DNA of 64,000 bases from Escherichia coli (GCF_011045215.1 NZ_CP049201.1); one strand, 5' to 3'; counted from the stretch's first letter, positions 9,568 through 24,204 are shown. Program-made: numbers and translations. Notes: generated by a model not told the origin, from the letters alone.

Positions 9568-11277
9568 TTACTGCACCAGCTCTGCCGACGTAACTTCACC
9601 GCTGGAAACGATGCCAGCATTCATGGTTTGAGTCACTTGCTGCTTTGCGGCATTCACGGCATGCAATTGCCCGCTAACCGTAGGTTTCAGCGGGACATTG
9701 GCCTGAATATCGCCACTGGCGGTAAGCTGAATATTGCCGTCGCCAGTCAACGGTAATTCAGGCCATCCCCAATGTTGCAAAATATTCACCGGCACACCGC
9801 GTCCATTCAGGCTGATATGGGTCTGACGTTGTGGCGTTTGTGAAACACTGGCGGTGGCTTCCAGAATGCCTTTTTCAGTAAATGCACTCAGTTCGCTGAT
9901 ATTCACCGTGCTGCTGTTGGCGGTTAGCGCCAGCGATGGACGACGGACATCAACACGATTAAACGTCGCGGCGGCGGCATTCAGATTCGCCGAACCACTC
10001 CAGACGCCCCATTTATGATCGGTAACCAGCGTCAGGTTGGCACCGTAACCATCGAGCGCGGTGAGCTGCCACGGGAAGTCAGGGTCGATATCAATGATCA
10101 GATTGCGGCTGGCGCTAAATCTCTTCAGTTGCAGGCTGTTTAACCAACCCGGTGTCGTTTCCATCCACAACTGTTGCCAGTTTTTCGGCAAGGTATATTC
10201 CAGCCCGGCAATTGCCGCATCATCAAGGAGTAACGTTTTCCCGTCACGCAGCCAGTTCCCTGACGTTCTGACCATACCCCCTTCCCAGCGGCTGGTGAAC
10301 TGGCGCAGCGCTACGCCCTGCGGGGAAAATTCCGCGTTTATAATCGGGTCAAATAAATGCAGCGAACCATAAATGAACTCGCTGGCGTTCATCGACAGTT
10401 TGCCTTCTTGTGTCTGCCAGTCATCTTTACTGAAGGTCATGTTGCGCAAGCTGAGATCGAGGTCGGTCACCGCCCAGTCCGGACCTTGCAGACGAGCATC
10501 GATCACTTCCAGGCGACCAATCTGCAACGACGGGACAGAGCGTAATGGCGCAAAGAAGTCGGCTAGCGATTTTTCGCTTTGTAGACGGATATCCGCCATG
10601 CGCAGATTTTCCACTTGCCAGCTGCCGTCGGCGTTACGCTGCGCGTTTCCGGTTAATGTCCCGCGCGCGATGTCGGCACCCAGGTTAGTCAGCGTAACGC
10701 GATCGTTATCAATACTGCCTTCAATCAGTACATTGGTGGCAGGAATATCATTGAGCGAAAGCGATCCGGCACTAAACTGAATCTGCGCCTTCGTACCCAG
10801 CACTTTACCGGCTTCTGGTGACCACGGAACCACGCCGCCATTTACCCGCTGCGCGCTCAGTTTCCATTCGCTATTCGGGCTATTAAACGCCATATCACGC
10901 AGTTGCAGACGATCGGCTTTGAACGGTAGCGGCGCGGTCTGGTCGGTGAGATTCAGCGTTCCGTTTTCCAGCAGGATGGTATCGACATGGCGTGGTTCGG
11001 TCAGTTGCCGACTGCTTAGCGCAATGTCGACACTTTTTGCCACCAGGGTCGCGGGCTGACCATCACGACCAAATGTGACGTTCTCCAGCACGATATGAGA
11101 TGGCGCGGAAAAACGGTGATCCATCGCCCCGAAGGCCAGATGATAGTCGCTATTCTCGGAAACCCATGCGCTGATATGTTCTGCTCCCCAGCGGGTTTGC
11201 AGAAGAAAATAGAGGCCAGCGATCACCACTAACAGAGCGATGAGAATGTAGAGAAGCAGCTTCCCAATAAATTTCAT
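9568..11277 (-). CDS. yicH: AsmA-family membrane protein
   Basis: 569 aa from MKFIGKLLLYILIALLVVIAG (N-terminal anchor); conserved position between yicI and xanP. Confidence 0.85.
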   Translation of the reverse strand: MKFIGKLLLYILIALLVVIAGLYFLLQTRWGAEHISAWVSENSDYHLAFGAMDHRFSAPSHIVLENVTFGRDGQPATLVAKSVDIALSSRQLTEPRHVDTILLENGTLNLTDQTAPLPFKADRLQLRDMAFNSPNSEWKLSAQRVNGGVVPWSPEAGKVLGTKAQIQFSAGSLSLNDIPATNVLIEGSIDNDRVTLTNLGADIARGTLTGNAQRNADGSWQVENLRMADIRLQSEKSLADFFAPLRSVPSLQIGRLEVIDARLQGPDWAVTDLDLSLRNMTFSKDDWQTQEGKLSMNASEFIYGSLHLFDPIINAEFSPQGVALRQFTSRWEGGMVRTSGNWLRDGKTLLLDDAAIAGLEYTLPKNWQQLWMETTPGWLNSLQLKRFSASRNLIIDIDPDFPWQLTALDGYGANLTLVTDHKWGVWSGSANLNAAAATFNRVDVRRPSLALTANSSTVNISELSAFTEKGILEATASVSQTPQRQTHISLNGRGVPVNILQHWGWPELPLTGDGNIQLTASGDIQANVPLKPTVSGQLHAVNAAKQQVTQTMNAGIVSSGEVTSAELVQ

Positions 11278-11397
11278 GGTCTTCCATCCCGTGAAATGCA
11301 CATAAGGGAGTTATGCACGATTTACGCGCAATCCTCAAGGCGGGAATGGTGAAAGAGGTGAGACTGCGGCGGTAATTATCTTACCGCCGCCAGTGAA

Positions 11398-12789
11398 TTA
11401 CTGTTTTTCTGGTGGGAAAATCAGATTCAGCACGATGGCAGTAATACCGCCCGCGGCGATCCCGGAGGAGAGCAGGTTTTTCAGCCATTCAGGGGCAAAC
11501 TGCAAAATCAGCGGCTGCTGAGACACGCCCAGACCAACCGCCAGCGACAGCGCGATAATCAGAATCGCCCGACGGTTCAGCGGCTCACGAGACACAATGC
11601 GCACACCGGAGGCGGCAATGGTGCCAAACATTACAAGCGTTGCGCCGCCCAGAACCGGTTCTGGAATGTGTTGTACAAAACCGCTCACTGCCGGGAACAG
11701 ACCCAGCACGATCAACATCAGCGCGACGACAAAACCGACATAGCGGCTGGCAACACCGGTCAACTGGATCACTCCGTTGTTCTGCCCGAAGCAGGAGTTC
11801 GGGAAGGTGTTAAACACCGCCGAAACAAACGAGTTCAGGCCGTTTGCCAGCACGCCGCCTTTCAGGCGTTTCATGTACAGCGGACCGGACACTGGCTGTT
11901 CGGAAACGTCAGAGGTCGCCGTGATATCGCCAATGGTTTCCAGCGAAGTGATCATAAAGACCAGCATCAGCGGCAGCAGCAGACTCCATTCAATGCCAAG
12001 ACCGTAATAGAGCGGCGTTGGCACCATAATCAGTTCTTGCGTCATCGGTTCGTTGCTTTCTGGCAACATGCCCATAAACCACGCCAGCGCATATCCGGCC
12101 GCCATCGCAATCACCAGTGAGGCCACGCGTAAGTAAGGGTTACGTTGACGGTTAAGCAGGATAATTAAGGCTAAGACCACGCCTGCCAGCAGCAGATTTT
12201 TCGGTGCGCCGAAGGTGTTATCGCTCATGGCTGCGTAACCGCCGCCAATTGAGGTCAGCCCCACCTGAATTAGCGACAGGCCGATAATCATCACCACAAC
12301 GCCAGAAACCAGCGGCGTAATAATGCGGCGCGCCAGATGCAGAACACGGGAGATCACCATCTCGGTGCAACTTGCCAGCATCAACGTGCCGAACAAAGCC
12401 GCCATCATGGTAGGAACATCAGCACCACCGGTTTTCAGCGCGGTACCGCCCATAATCAGCGGGGCAACAAAGTTGAAGCTGGTGCCCTGAATAGACAACA
12501 GCCCGGAGCCAACCGGACCCCAGGCCTTAATTTGAATAATCGATGCCACACCGGAGGCAAACAGCGACATACTAATAATGTGTTGCGTGTCTTGTGCCGG
12601 TAAACCCAGCGCCTGGCAGATTAATAGCGCTGGCGTGATCACCGCAACGAACATCGCCAGCAAATGCTGACAGGCGGCAAACAGGGTTTGAGGAAGCGGC
12701 GGACGATCTTCAAGACGGTAAATCAGTTCGCTGTTTTGAGTCTGCGCAACCGGTTGCGCATTTTCTGACTCGAGGGTGGAAACAGACAT
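11398..12789 (-). CDS. xanP: Xanthine permease (NCS2 family)
   Basis: 463 aa from [12 protein letters not shown]; polytopic NCS2 profile; synteny. Confidence 0.85.
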
Positions 12790-13068
12790 CGAAAACAATC
12801 CCGTGGTAGCAAAGCGGGCATTTTAGCTGACCGAAAGAGAAAAGCAAACGTTTGCCACATCCTCATATAAATATTTAAATGAGATAAATGCACTTTTTTA
12901 TATAACTTTTGGTATTTTTCTGCTTAAAATCCATGCCATTTGTTCATTAACAGCTGAGAATTTGACCCAGGAAAGCATAACTCGATACCCGTCATAGTTC
13001 ATGAAGTTGCCACTGCGCGATGAAGTATGACGAGTATGAAAGAGTGATGCGGATACAAAGGAGTAACT

Positions 13069-14274
13069 ATGTTTCATCTCGATACTTTAGCAACGCTTGT
13101 TGCCGCAACGCTGACGTTGCTGCTCGGGCGTAAGTTGGTCCATTCCGTCTCCTTTTTGAAGAAATACACCATACCGGAACCTGTTGCGGGTGGTTTGTTG
13201 GTGGCGCTGGCGCTACTGGTACTGAAAAAAAGCATGGGCTGGGAAGTCAACTTTGATATGTCCCTGCGCGATCCGTTAATGCTGGCTTTCTTCGCCACCA
13301 TTGGCCTGAACGCCAACATTGCCAGTTTGCGTGCCGGTGGGCGTGTGGTTGGCATCTTCCTGATTGTGGTTGTTGGTCTGTTGGTGATGCAAAATGCCAT
13401 TGGCATTGGTATGGCTAGCCTGTTAGGGCTTGATCCGCTGATGGGGCTGTTGGCCGGTTCTATTACGCTTTCCGGCGGTCACGGTACGGGAGCTGCATGG
13501 AGTAAATTGTTCATTGAACGTTATGGCTTCACCAATGCGACGGAAGTGGCGATGGCCTGTGCAACGTTCGGTCTGGTGCTGGGCGGCTTGATTGGCGGTC
13601 CGGTGGCGCGCTATCTGGTGAAACACTCCACCACGCCGAACGGTATTCCGGATGACCAGGAAGTCCCGACGGCGTTTGAAAAGCCGGATGTGGGACGCAT
13701 GATCACCTCGTTGGTGCTGATTGAAACTATTGCGCTGATTGCTATCTGCCTGACGGTGGGGAAAATTGTTGCGCAACTTTTGGCTGGCACTGCTTTTGAA
13801 CTGCCGACCTTCGTCTGTGTACTGTTTGTTGGCGTGATTCTGAGCAACGGTCTGTCAATAATGGGTTTTTACCGCGTCTTTGAGCGTGCGGTATCCGTGC
13901 TGGGTAACGTAAGCTTGTCGTTGTTCCTGGCGATGGCGTTGATGGGGCTGAAACTGTGGGAGCTGGCTTCGCTGGCGCTGCCGATGCTGGCGATTCTGGT
14001 GGTACAGACCATCTTCATGGCGTTGTATGCCATCTTCGTTACCTGGCGCATGATGGGCAAAAACTACGATGCGGCAGTGCTGGCTGCGGGTCACTGTGGT
14101 TTTGGCCTCGGTGCAACGCCAACGGCAATCGCCAACATGCAGGCGATCACTGAACGTTTTGGCCCGTCGCACATGGCGTTTCTGGTGGTGCCGATGGTCG
14201 GTGCGTTCTTTATCGATATCGTCAATGCGCTGGTGATTAAGCTGTATTTGATGTTGCCGATTTTTGCGGGTTAA
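13069..14274 (+). CDS. gltS: Sodium/glutamate symporter
   Basis: 401 aa, polytopic membrane protein; length and synteny match GltS. Confidence 0.9.
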   Translation: MFHLDTLATLVAATLTLLLGRKLVHSVSFLKKYTIPEPVAGGLLVALALLVLKKSMGWEVNFDMSLRDPLMLAFFATIGLNANIASLRAGGRVVGIFLIVVVGLLVMQNAIGIGMASLLGLDPLMGLLAGSITLSGGHGTGAAWSKLFIERYGFTNATEVAMACATFGLVLGGLIGGPVARYLVKHSTTPNGIPDDQEVPTAFEKPDVGRMITSLVLIETIALIAICLTVGKIVAQLLAGTAFELPTFVCVLFVGVILSNGLSIMGFYRVFERAVSVLGNVSLSLFLAMALMGLKLWELASLALPMLAILVVQTIFMALYAIFVTWRMMGKNYDAAVLAAGHCGFGLGATPTAIANMQAITERFGPSHMAFLVVPMVGAFFIDIVNALVIKLYLMLPIFAG

Positions 14275-14449
14275 TCGATGAAGCGGCGGTAGAAGTGCCG
14301 CCGCAACAAAGACAAATGCCTGATACGCTTCGCTTATCAAGGCTGCGCATTGATTCACAATTTATTGAATTTATAAGTTTCTGTAGGACGAAGCACATCC
14401 GGCAGGAAGGTAGGGTAACCTGAAATGGCGGTCTTCTCACCGCCGCCTT

Positions 14450-16531
14450 TTACGCATTCGAGTAACGTTCCGTCTCCGGCATCCAGCGTTCTATCAGGGC
14501 TTTTGCCTGTTGTGGGTAACGTTCGTGAATATGGCGTGCCAGGCGCTGAACTTCCGGGATCATCGCCTGATCGCGCAGTAAATCCGCCACTTTAAATTCA
14601 GCATTACCCGTCTGACGAGTGCCTAACAATTCGCCAGGGCCGCGAATCTCCAGATCTTTTTGTGCAATCACAAACCCGTCGTTGCTGTCGCGCAGCACTT
14701 GCAGGCGAATTTGCGCCGTTTTAGAAAGCGGCGTTTTATAGAGCAGCACGCAGTGAGAAGCCACCGCGCCACGACCTACACGCCCACGTAGCTGGTGCAA
14801 CTGCGCCAGACCCAGACGCTCCGGGTTTTCGATAATCATCAGACTGGCGTTAGGCACATCAACGCCGACTTCAATAACGGTTGTGGCAACCAGCAGGTGT
14901 AGCTCACCTTGTTTAAACGACGCCATCACCGCCTGTTTCTCGGCAGGTTTCATCCGCCCGTGTACCAGGCCAACATTCAACTCTGGTAGCGCCAGTTTCA
15001 ACTCTTCCCAGGTAGCTTCCGCCGCCTGCGCTTCCAGCAATTCCGACTCTTCAATCAACGTACAAACCCAGTACGCCTGACGACCTTCAGTCATGCAGGC
15101 GTGGCGCACGCGGTCAATGATGTCGGTACGGCGAGTATCAGGAATAGCGACCGTAGTCACTGGCGTGCGGCCTGGCGGCAGCTCATCTATCACCGAGGTG
15201 TCGAGATCAGCATACGCAGTCATCGCCAGCGTGCGGGGGATCGGCGTGGCGGTCATGATCAACTGATGCGGATGGAAGCCTTGCTGCTGGCCTTTCTCCC
15301 ACAATGCCAGACGCTGATGCACGCCAAAACGATGCTGTTCATCGATAATCACCAGCGCCAGACCGTTAAACTGCACCTGTTCCTGGAAGATGGCGTGCGT
15401 ACCAACAATCATCTGCACCTGACCGCTGGCGATGGCTTCCTGCTGAGACAGTCGCGCTTTACCTTTCTGCTTACCGGCGAGCCAGCCCACTTCGATACCG
15501 AGCGGTGCAAACCAGTTGCGGAAGTTATTGGCGTGCTGTTCGGCGAGTAATTCGGTTGGTGCCATCAATGCCACCTGTTTGCCGTGGGCAATCGCACGCA
15601 GCGCGGCGAGGGCAGCGACCAGCGTTTTACCGGAACCTACATCGCCCTGTACCAGGCGCATCATCGGCACATCCAGCGCCATATCGCGCTCGATCTCCGC
15701 CACCACGCGAGCCTGAGCGCCCGTTGGCTTGAACGGTAAGGCGGCAAGAAGTTTATTTTTCAGCGTGTCATTGGCGCTCAGCGGCTGGGCATGGAAACGT
15801 TGCGCTCCGGCGCGTAAGGCTAACATGCTGAGGTTATGCGCCAGCAGTTCTTCCAGAATCAGACGACGTTGCGCCGGATGCTGCCCGGTTTCCAGATCGC
15901 TAAGTTGCAGCGTCGGCGGCGGGCGGTGCAAAGTGCGCAACGCTTCCGGTAGCGTCATCATTCCTTGTGACAGTTCCGGCGGCAGGAGTTCTTCAATGGC
16001 GCAGGTGTCGAGCAGATCCAGCGCCTGGTCGGTTAATTTACGCAGCGTGGCCTGCTTTACGCCTTCGGTTGTTGGATAAACCGGCGTGAGCGTTTCCTGC
16101 AACTCTGGCGTACTGAGATCGCCCTGCACGCGGTATTCCGGGTGGATCATTTCCGCGCCATATTTACCGCGCTTTGCTTCGCCATAAGCCAGTACACGGC
16201 GGCCCGTCGCCAGGCTATTTTTCATTGCCGCGTTGAAGTTGAAAAAGCGCATGGTGAGAATGCCGGAACCGTCGCTGATCTGGCAGGTCATCATCCGCCG
16301 ACCGCCGAAGGAGATATTGCAGTTCAGCACTTCGCCTTCCACCGTTGCATAAACGCCCGGCAGTAGTTCACCGATGGGGTAGAGATGGGTGCGATCTTCG
16401 TAGCGCAGGGGAAGGTGTAAGAGTAGATCCTGCACAGTCTGCAGGTTGATTTTCGCCAGCTTATTACTAAGCGCTGCGCCAACGCCCGTTAGGGAACTGA
16501 GCGGGACAGCATCTAACAGGCGACCTTTCAT
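14450..16531 (-). CDS. recG: ATP-dependent DNA helicase RecG
   Basis: 693 aa from MKGRLLDAVPLSSLTGVG; helicase motifs (GDVGSGKT Walker A, DEQH box). Confidence 0.95.
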   Translation of the reverse strand: MKGRLLDAVPLSSLTGVGAALSNKLAKINLQTVQDLLLHLPLRYEDRTHLYPIGELLPGVYATVEGEVLNCNISFGGRRMMTCQISDGSGILTMRFFNFNAAMKNSLATGRRVLAYGEAKRGKYGAEMIHPEYRVQGDLSTPELQETLTPVYPTTEGVKQATLRKLTDQALDLLDTCAIEELLPPELSQGMMTLPEALRTLHRPPPTLQLSDLETGQHPAQRRLILEELLAHNLSMLALRAGAQRFHAQPLSANDTLKNKLLAALPFKPTGAQARVVAEIERDMALDVPMMRLVQGDVGSGKTLVAALAALRAIAHGKQVALMAPTELLAEQHANNFRNWFAPLGIEVGWLAGKQKGKARLSQQEAIASGQVQMIVGTHAIFQEQVQFNGLALVIIDEQHRFGVHQRLALWEKGQQQGFHPHQLIMTATPIPRTLAMTAYADLDTSVIDELPPGRTPVTTVAIPDTRRTDIIDRVRHACMTEGRQAYWVCTLIEESELLEAQAAEATWEELKLALPELNVGLVHGRMKPAEKQAVMASFKQGELHLLVATTVIEVGVDVPNASLMIIENPERLGLAQLHQLRGRVGRGAVASHCVLLYKTPLSKTAQIRLQVLRDSNDGFVIAQKDLEIRGPGELLGTRQTGNAEFKVADLLRDQAMIPEVQRLARHIHERYPQQAKALIERWMPETERYSNA

Positions 16532-16536
16532 GGCAC

Positions 16537-17226
16537 TTACCCTGCAGCCTGCATGGTAGCCCACCAGTCGGCATCAGCTTCGATCTCGCCTTGCTGATTG
16601 ACGTGGGGGTAAGGCAGGCCTTTGCGTTTTGCGACTTTCGCCAGCACCGGATAGCCGCCTTCAAACAACAGGCGTTGTTGCTCTGCTTCCGGCAACATGC
16701 TGTTTTCACGCAGGTACATGCCTGCATTTTGCCGCTGACGCTGGGCTTCGTAAAGAATGAGGGCTGAGGCAACGGAAACATTCAGCGACTGCACCATGCC
16801 GATCATCGGAATGATGATGTCCTGATCCGCCAGGGCCAACGCTTCCTCAGTGATGCCCGTTTTCTCCTGACCCATCAAAATGCAGGTCGGGCGAGTGTAA
16901 TCAATTTCGCGAAAATCGACAGCGTTATCAGAAAGATGGGTTGCCAGAATTTGCATGCCCTGGCCTTTCAGATGGGTGACGGCATCGCCAATGGTGCGGT
17001 GCGTTTTCACCTGCACCCAACTGTTGCTACCCGCCGCCGCAGAGGCCATGGTACGCATGCGGCTACCAGGCCAGACGGCGTGAACTTCATGTACGCCAAC
17101 GGCATCTGCGGTACGAATAATCGCAGAAACGTTATGAGGTTTGTGGACCTGCTCCATGCAGACGGTCAGATCAGGCTGCCGCCTGGCGAGCATTTCGCAG
17201 ATGCGTGCATAACGTGTTGGGTTCAT
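16537..17226 (-). CDS. trmH: tRNA (guanosine18-2'-O)-methyltransferase
   Basis: 229 aa SpoU-family methyltransferase; operon position between spoT and recG. Confidence 0.9.
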   Translation of the reverse strand: MNPTRYARICEMLARRQPDLTVCMEQVHKPHNVSAIIRTADAVGVHEVHAVWPGSRMRTMASAAAGSNSWVQVKTHRTIGDAVTHLKGQGMQILATHLSDNAVDFREIDYTRPTCILMGQEKTGITEEALALADQDIIIPMIGMVQSLNVSVASALILYEAQRQRQNAGMYLRENSMLPEAEQQRLLFEGGYPVLAKVAKRKGLPYPHVNQQGEIEADADWWATMQAAG

Positions 17227-17232
17227 AAAACA

Positions 17233-19341
17233 TTAATTTCGGTTTCGGGTGACTTTAATCACGTCTGGCATCACGCGGATTTTGCGCATGATATTCGCCA
17301 GATGCACACGGTCACGAGCGGTCAGACGAATAAAGGCGCTGTAGACGCGACCATCTTTCTCTTCCGTATTCAAACTTTGAATATTCGAAGTCGTGGTGTT
17401 AATTGCCGCCGTCAGGTTTGCCAGCGCGCCCTGATGATTGAACATCTCCACCTTGATTTCGGTGATGAACTCCTGCGCCGTCTCTTTATCCCATTCCACA
17501 GCCATAAACTTCTCTGGCTCTTTCTGGTAGCCACGGATGTTACGGCAGGATTCATGGTGGATCACCAGACCTTTACCGGGGCTGACGTGGGCGATAATCG
17601 GGTCGCCAGGAATAGGGCGGCAGCATTTCGCAAAGGTGATCAGCACGCCATCGGCACCTTTAATGGGCAGATGTCCGTGACTTTGGGTTGCCGGTGGAAT
17701 GGAGGCGTCCCCATGTTGCAGATTTTTCGCGACCACCACGCTCATTGCGTTACCAAGTCCGATTTCTGCCAGCAGATCGTCAAGCGTTGCCAGCTTCATA
17801 CGATCCAGCTCGCGCTGAATATTTTCCTGCGGGATTTCATTGAGCTTACGGCTGCCACCCAACGCATGGTTGAGCAGACGACGGCCCAGACTAACGGAAT
17901 CATCACGCTTGAGGTTTTTCAGCAACTGACGAATTTTGGCGCGCGCTTTCGAGCTGACGACAAAGTTCAGCCACGCGGCATTCGGGCGAGCGCCCGGTGC
18001 GGTAATGATTTCAACGGTTTGACCGCTAGTAAGCGGCTGCGACAGCGGGTAAGGCTGGCGGTCGACGCGTGCGCCCACGCAGGCATGACCGATATCGGTA
18101 TGCACCGCATAAGCGAAGTCGACGGGCGTTGCACCGGCAGGCAGCTCGACAATGCGCCCTTCCGGTGTGAAAACGTAAATCTCATCCGGGAAGAGATCGG
18201 ATTTAACGCTCTCGATAAATTCAAACGAGCTACCGGCACTCTGTTGCAGCTCCAGCAGGCTTTGCATCCAGCGCTGGGCGCGGATTTGTGCGGTAGTACT
18301 GGTTTCGCCGTGCTCTTTATAAGCCCAGTGCGCGGCAACACCCATCTCCGCCATCTGGTCCATATCTTCGGTACGGATCTGGACCTCAACCGGCACACCG
18401 TGCGGGCCGATCATCGAGGTGTGCAAAGACTGATAGCCGTTCGCTTTTGGAATGGCGATATAGTCTTTCACGCGGCCCGGACGCGGCTTGTACAGGCTGT
18501 GCATCTGGCCCAGCACGCGATAACAGGTGTCAGAATCATTGACGATCACGCGGAAAGCGTAGATGTCCATGATTGAGTGAAAACGCTGCTCTTTGAGCAC
18601 CATTTTGCAGTAAATCGAATAAAGATGCTTTTCGCGACCACTGACGCGGCACGGTATTCCCGCTTCCTGCAAACGCCCTTCGATTTCAGAAAGAATCTTC
18701 TGGATCATCTCTTTACGGTTGCCGCGCGCGGCTTTCACCACTTCTTTGATTACGCGATAACGGTTGGGATACAGCGCCTCAAAACCCAGCTCTTCGAGTT
18801 CGGTTTTAATGTGGTGGATACCTAAACGGTGCGCCAGCGGGCTATAAATTTCGAGAGTTTCACGGGCGATGCGGCGACGTTTGTCCGGGCGAAGTGAGCC
18901 CAGCGTGCGCATGTTGTGGGTACGGTCGGCAAGTTTGATGAGGATGACGCGGATATCCTGCACCATCGCCATAATCATCTTGCGAAAGTTTTCGGCCTGC
19001 GCCTCTTTCTTATCGCGGAACTTGAGTTTATCAAGTTTCGACACCCCCTCTACCAGCTCGGCGACGCTTTTACCAAAAAGCTGTTCCATGTCCTGGTAGG
19101 TGGCGGGAGTATCTTCAATCACGTCATGCAGCAGCGCTGCCATAAGCGTTTCATAGTCGAGTTTCATCTCGGCCAGAATGCAGGCAACAGCTACCGGGTG
19201 CGTGATATAGGGTTCACCGCTTGAACGTGTTTGCCCCTCGTGAGCATCACGTGCAACGAGATACGCCTGCCGCAGACGCTTGATTTGGTCTTCCGGCAGG
19301 TAGTTTTGAATCAGCTGATTCAGGCTTTCAAACAGATACAA
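17233..19341 (-). CDS. spoT: Bifunctional (p)ppGpp synthase/hydrolase SpoT
   Basis: 702 aa; HD-domain histidines (HDVIEDT), RelA/SpoT synthetase domain, TGS and ACT regions. Confidence 0.95.
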   Translation of the reverse strand: MYLFESLNQLIQNYLPEDQIKRLRQAYLVARDAHEGQTRSSGEPYITHPVAVACILAEMKLDYETLMAALLHDVIEDTPATYQDMEQLFGKSVAELVEGVSKLDKLKFRDKKEAQAENFRKMIMAMVQDIRVILIKLADRTHNMRTLGSLRPDKRRRIARETLEIYSPLAHRLGIHHIKTELEELGFEALYPNRYRVIKEVVKAARGNRKEMIQKILSEIEGRLQEAGIPCRVSGREKHLYSIYCKMVLKEQRFHSIMDIYAFRVIVNDSDTCYRVLGQMHSLYKPRPGRVKDYIAIPKANGYQSLHTSMIGPHGVPVEVQIRTEDMDQMAEMGVAAHWAYKEHGETSTTAQIRAQRWMQSLLELQQSAGSSFEFIESVKSDLFPDEIYVFTPEGRIVELPAGATPVDFAYAVHTDIGHACVGARVDRQPYPLSQPLTSGQTVEIITAPGARPNAAWLNFVVSSKARAKIRQLLKNLKRDDSVSLGRRLLNHALGGSRKLNEIPQENIQRELDRMKLATLDDLLAEIGLGNAMSVVVAKNLQHGDASIPPATQSHGHLPIKGADGVLITFAKCCRPIPGDPIIAHVSPGKGLVIHHESCRNIRGYQKEPEKFMAVEWDKETAQEFITEIKVEMFNHQGALANLTAAINTTTSNIQSLNTEEKDGRVYSAFIRLTARDRVHLANIMRKIRVMPDVIKVTRNRN

Positions 19342-19359
19342 GGGCGACCCGCTTTGTGA

Positions 19360-19635
19360 TTAACGACGACCTTCAGCAATAGCGGTAACGGCTTGTAATT
19401 CAGCGGCTTCCTGCTCTTGCTGTTCCTGGCGTTCGCGAACGTCGAGGATCTGGTTGTTGATCAGACCTTCTTCGATTTCGCGCAGCGCGATTACAGTGGT
19501 TTTATCGTTTTCTTCCGGTACCAGCGGATCCTTTCCGCCTACCTGCATCTGACGAGCGCGACGCGCGGCGACCAGTACCAGGTCAAAACGGTTACCAATT
19601 TTCTCTACAGCGTCCTGAACAGTTACGCGTGCCAT
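19360..19635 (-). CDS. rpoZ: RNA polymerase omega subunit
   Basis: 91 aa, [29 protein letters not shown]. Confidence 0.95.
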
Positions 19636-19689
19636 ACTTAAAAAGCTCCACAGGTGAAGAAATGACTGGGCATGATACTGAAATCAGGT

Positions 19690-20451
<762 letters not shown>

Positions 20452-20478
20452 AGTGATTCACTGCAATAAAGACGATTC

Positions 20479-22867
<2,389 letters not shown>

Positions 22868-23158
22868 GGTTCTCTCCCTAAAAATCTGTCTGGCAGGGTA
22901 GCGATTTGTGCGTATTGTCACGATTGAGATTTTTTAAGGTGAGGGGGAATTGATAACTTGTAGTTATGTGAAATCGCTATTTTCTGTAGCGGAGATGCAT
23001 TCTTCTGACTTCTTGTCTGAGAAAATGCATAAGAAAAAATAGGTTAAAACTGAGGGGTGGAAAAGAAAGGTGCAATGTTTAGCTATTGTATTCACCGCAC
23101 CTGGACTTTGGCTTACGCATCGGGTGTCTCAATCAACAAAAAGAGTTTTTAGTTTCTG

Positions 23159-23983
23159 CTATTTCTTCTCTGTAATTTTTACACAGTTTTCCAACTGCTT
23201 GATGCTGATCTGCGGGGTCGGCAACTCTTCAGGCATGGTTCCGCCAAGTTCCTGAATGGTTTGTCTCACCTTGCGACCCACGTCAAAGTGTGTGGTGTTA
23301 GCTTGCTGTTTTGAATTCACGCCATCCCGCTTGAGTTTTTCTTCTGTTTGGGTAGCTCGAAAGAGATTAGCCGCCAGTTCTGTTGAACCCATATAATCCA
23401 GGATCTTCTGACTCTTTTTCAGCCCCTTCCGCTGATGGATGGCTTTCTGATCTAATCCACCATACAGCCCCCGGTAACCATGATTCTGAAATATGGCGAA
23501 ATCGATAGCTGTCGCTACCCCAGCTTGCTGCGCTGCCTCAACTAATTGTTTGTTATGTTCTTTCAATTCATTTCTCAGAAAAAGACGCTTTTCGTCTTCA
23601 CGAAGTTGCCTGAAAGCTTCATCGTCAGCCAGCTCCTGCCGTCGGGTCTGGATAGCAAAATAAGTTTGCCCTGCCGCAATAACCGGTTTCGCAGGGTCGC
23701 CGTTTTGTACTACCAGGTAACAGGCATAGCGGGAGAGATGAACATCTTCAAGTTCTCGTTGAGCCCCTGAACCTAATACAACCATTTTGGTGGTTTCAAC
23801 GAAATGGTCAGATGCAGCTTGATTGCTGGCTTCGCACGCTTGAGTCGCGCGGGCAAGTACCTTTTGAAAATTGCGCCAGTCCCGATAATCCAGTAACGGT
23901 GCCAATTCTCTCGCTGACCAAAATTCTTGCCCTTCAGTGCCATAATGCCGTATTTCTTCAAAAGGTTGATGATGTTCGTTCAT
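23159..23983 (-). CDS. dinD: DNA-damage-inducible protein D
   Basis: 274 aa from MNEHHQPFEEIRHYGTEGQEFW; a LexA box lies about 45 bp upstream. Confidence 0.85.
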   Translation of the reverse strand: MNEHHQPFEEIRHYGTEGQEFWSARELAPLLDYRDWRNFQKVLARATQACEASNQAASDHFVETTKMVVLGSGAQRELEDVHLSRYACYLVVQNGDPAKPVIAAGQTYFAIQTRRQELADDEAFRQLREDEKRLFLRNELKEHNKQLVEAAQQAGVATAIDFAIFQNHGYRGLYGGLDQKAIHQRKGLKKSQKILDYMGSTELAANLFRATQTEEKLKRDGVNSKQQANTTHFDVGRKVRQTIQELGGTMPEELPTPQISIKQLENCVKITEKK

Positions 23984-24028
23984 TGCCCACTCCATGTGAT
24001 ATCGATTGCAAAGAAAGTAAATCTGTAA

Positions 24029-24044
24029 CTGTATTTATATACAG
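24029..24044. promoter_or_regulatory. LexA operator (SOS box) in the dinD promoter
   Basis: CTGTATTTATATACAG fits the CTGT-N8-ACAG consensus, just upstream of the dinD start. Confidence 0.7.
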
Positions 24045-24130
24045 TTGTGAGTATCTCACGTTCTCAGTGTGCTGGGCAAAAAGACATCGCAAAATCTGGA
24101 ACAGGCACGCAAAACAGAATTGAAAGTTGC

Positions 24131-24169
24131 GGAGAAGAAAAATGCCGCTCTGTTTGAGTGGGCGGCATT
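24131..24169 (-). terminator. Rho-independent terminator downstream of yicC
   Basis: Stem aatgccgc/gcggcatt followed on the minus strand by a T-run. Confidence 0.45.
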
Positions 24170-24204
24170 TGTGAAGGCTGAAAAGTAAGAATTGGCGTTA
24201 CGAG

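Noticed and set aside
16936-18576. 546-aa ORF on the plus strand
   Set aside because: Lies entirely antisense to spoT and trmH, which are full-length, well-supported genes on the minus strand; long antisense ORFs are a common artefact of codon bias in GC-balanced genes.
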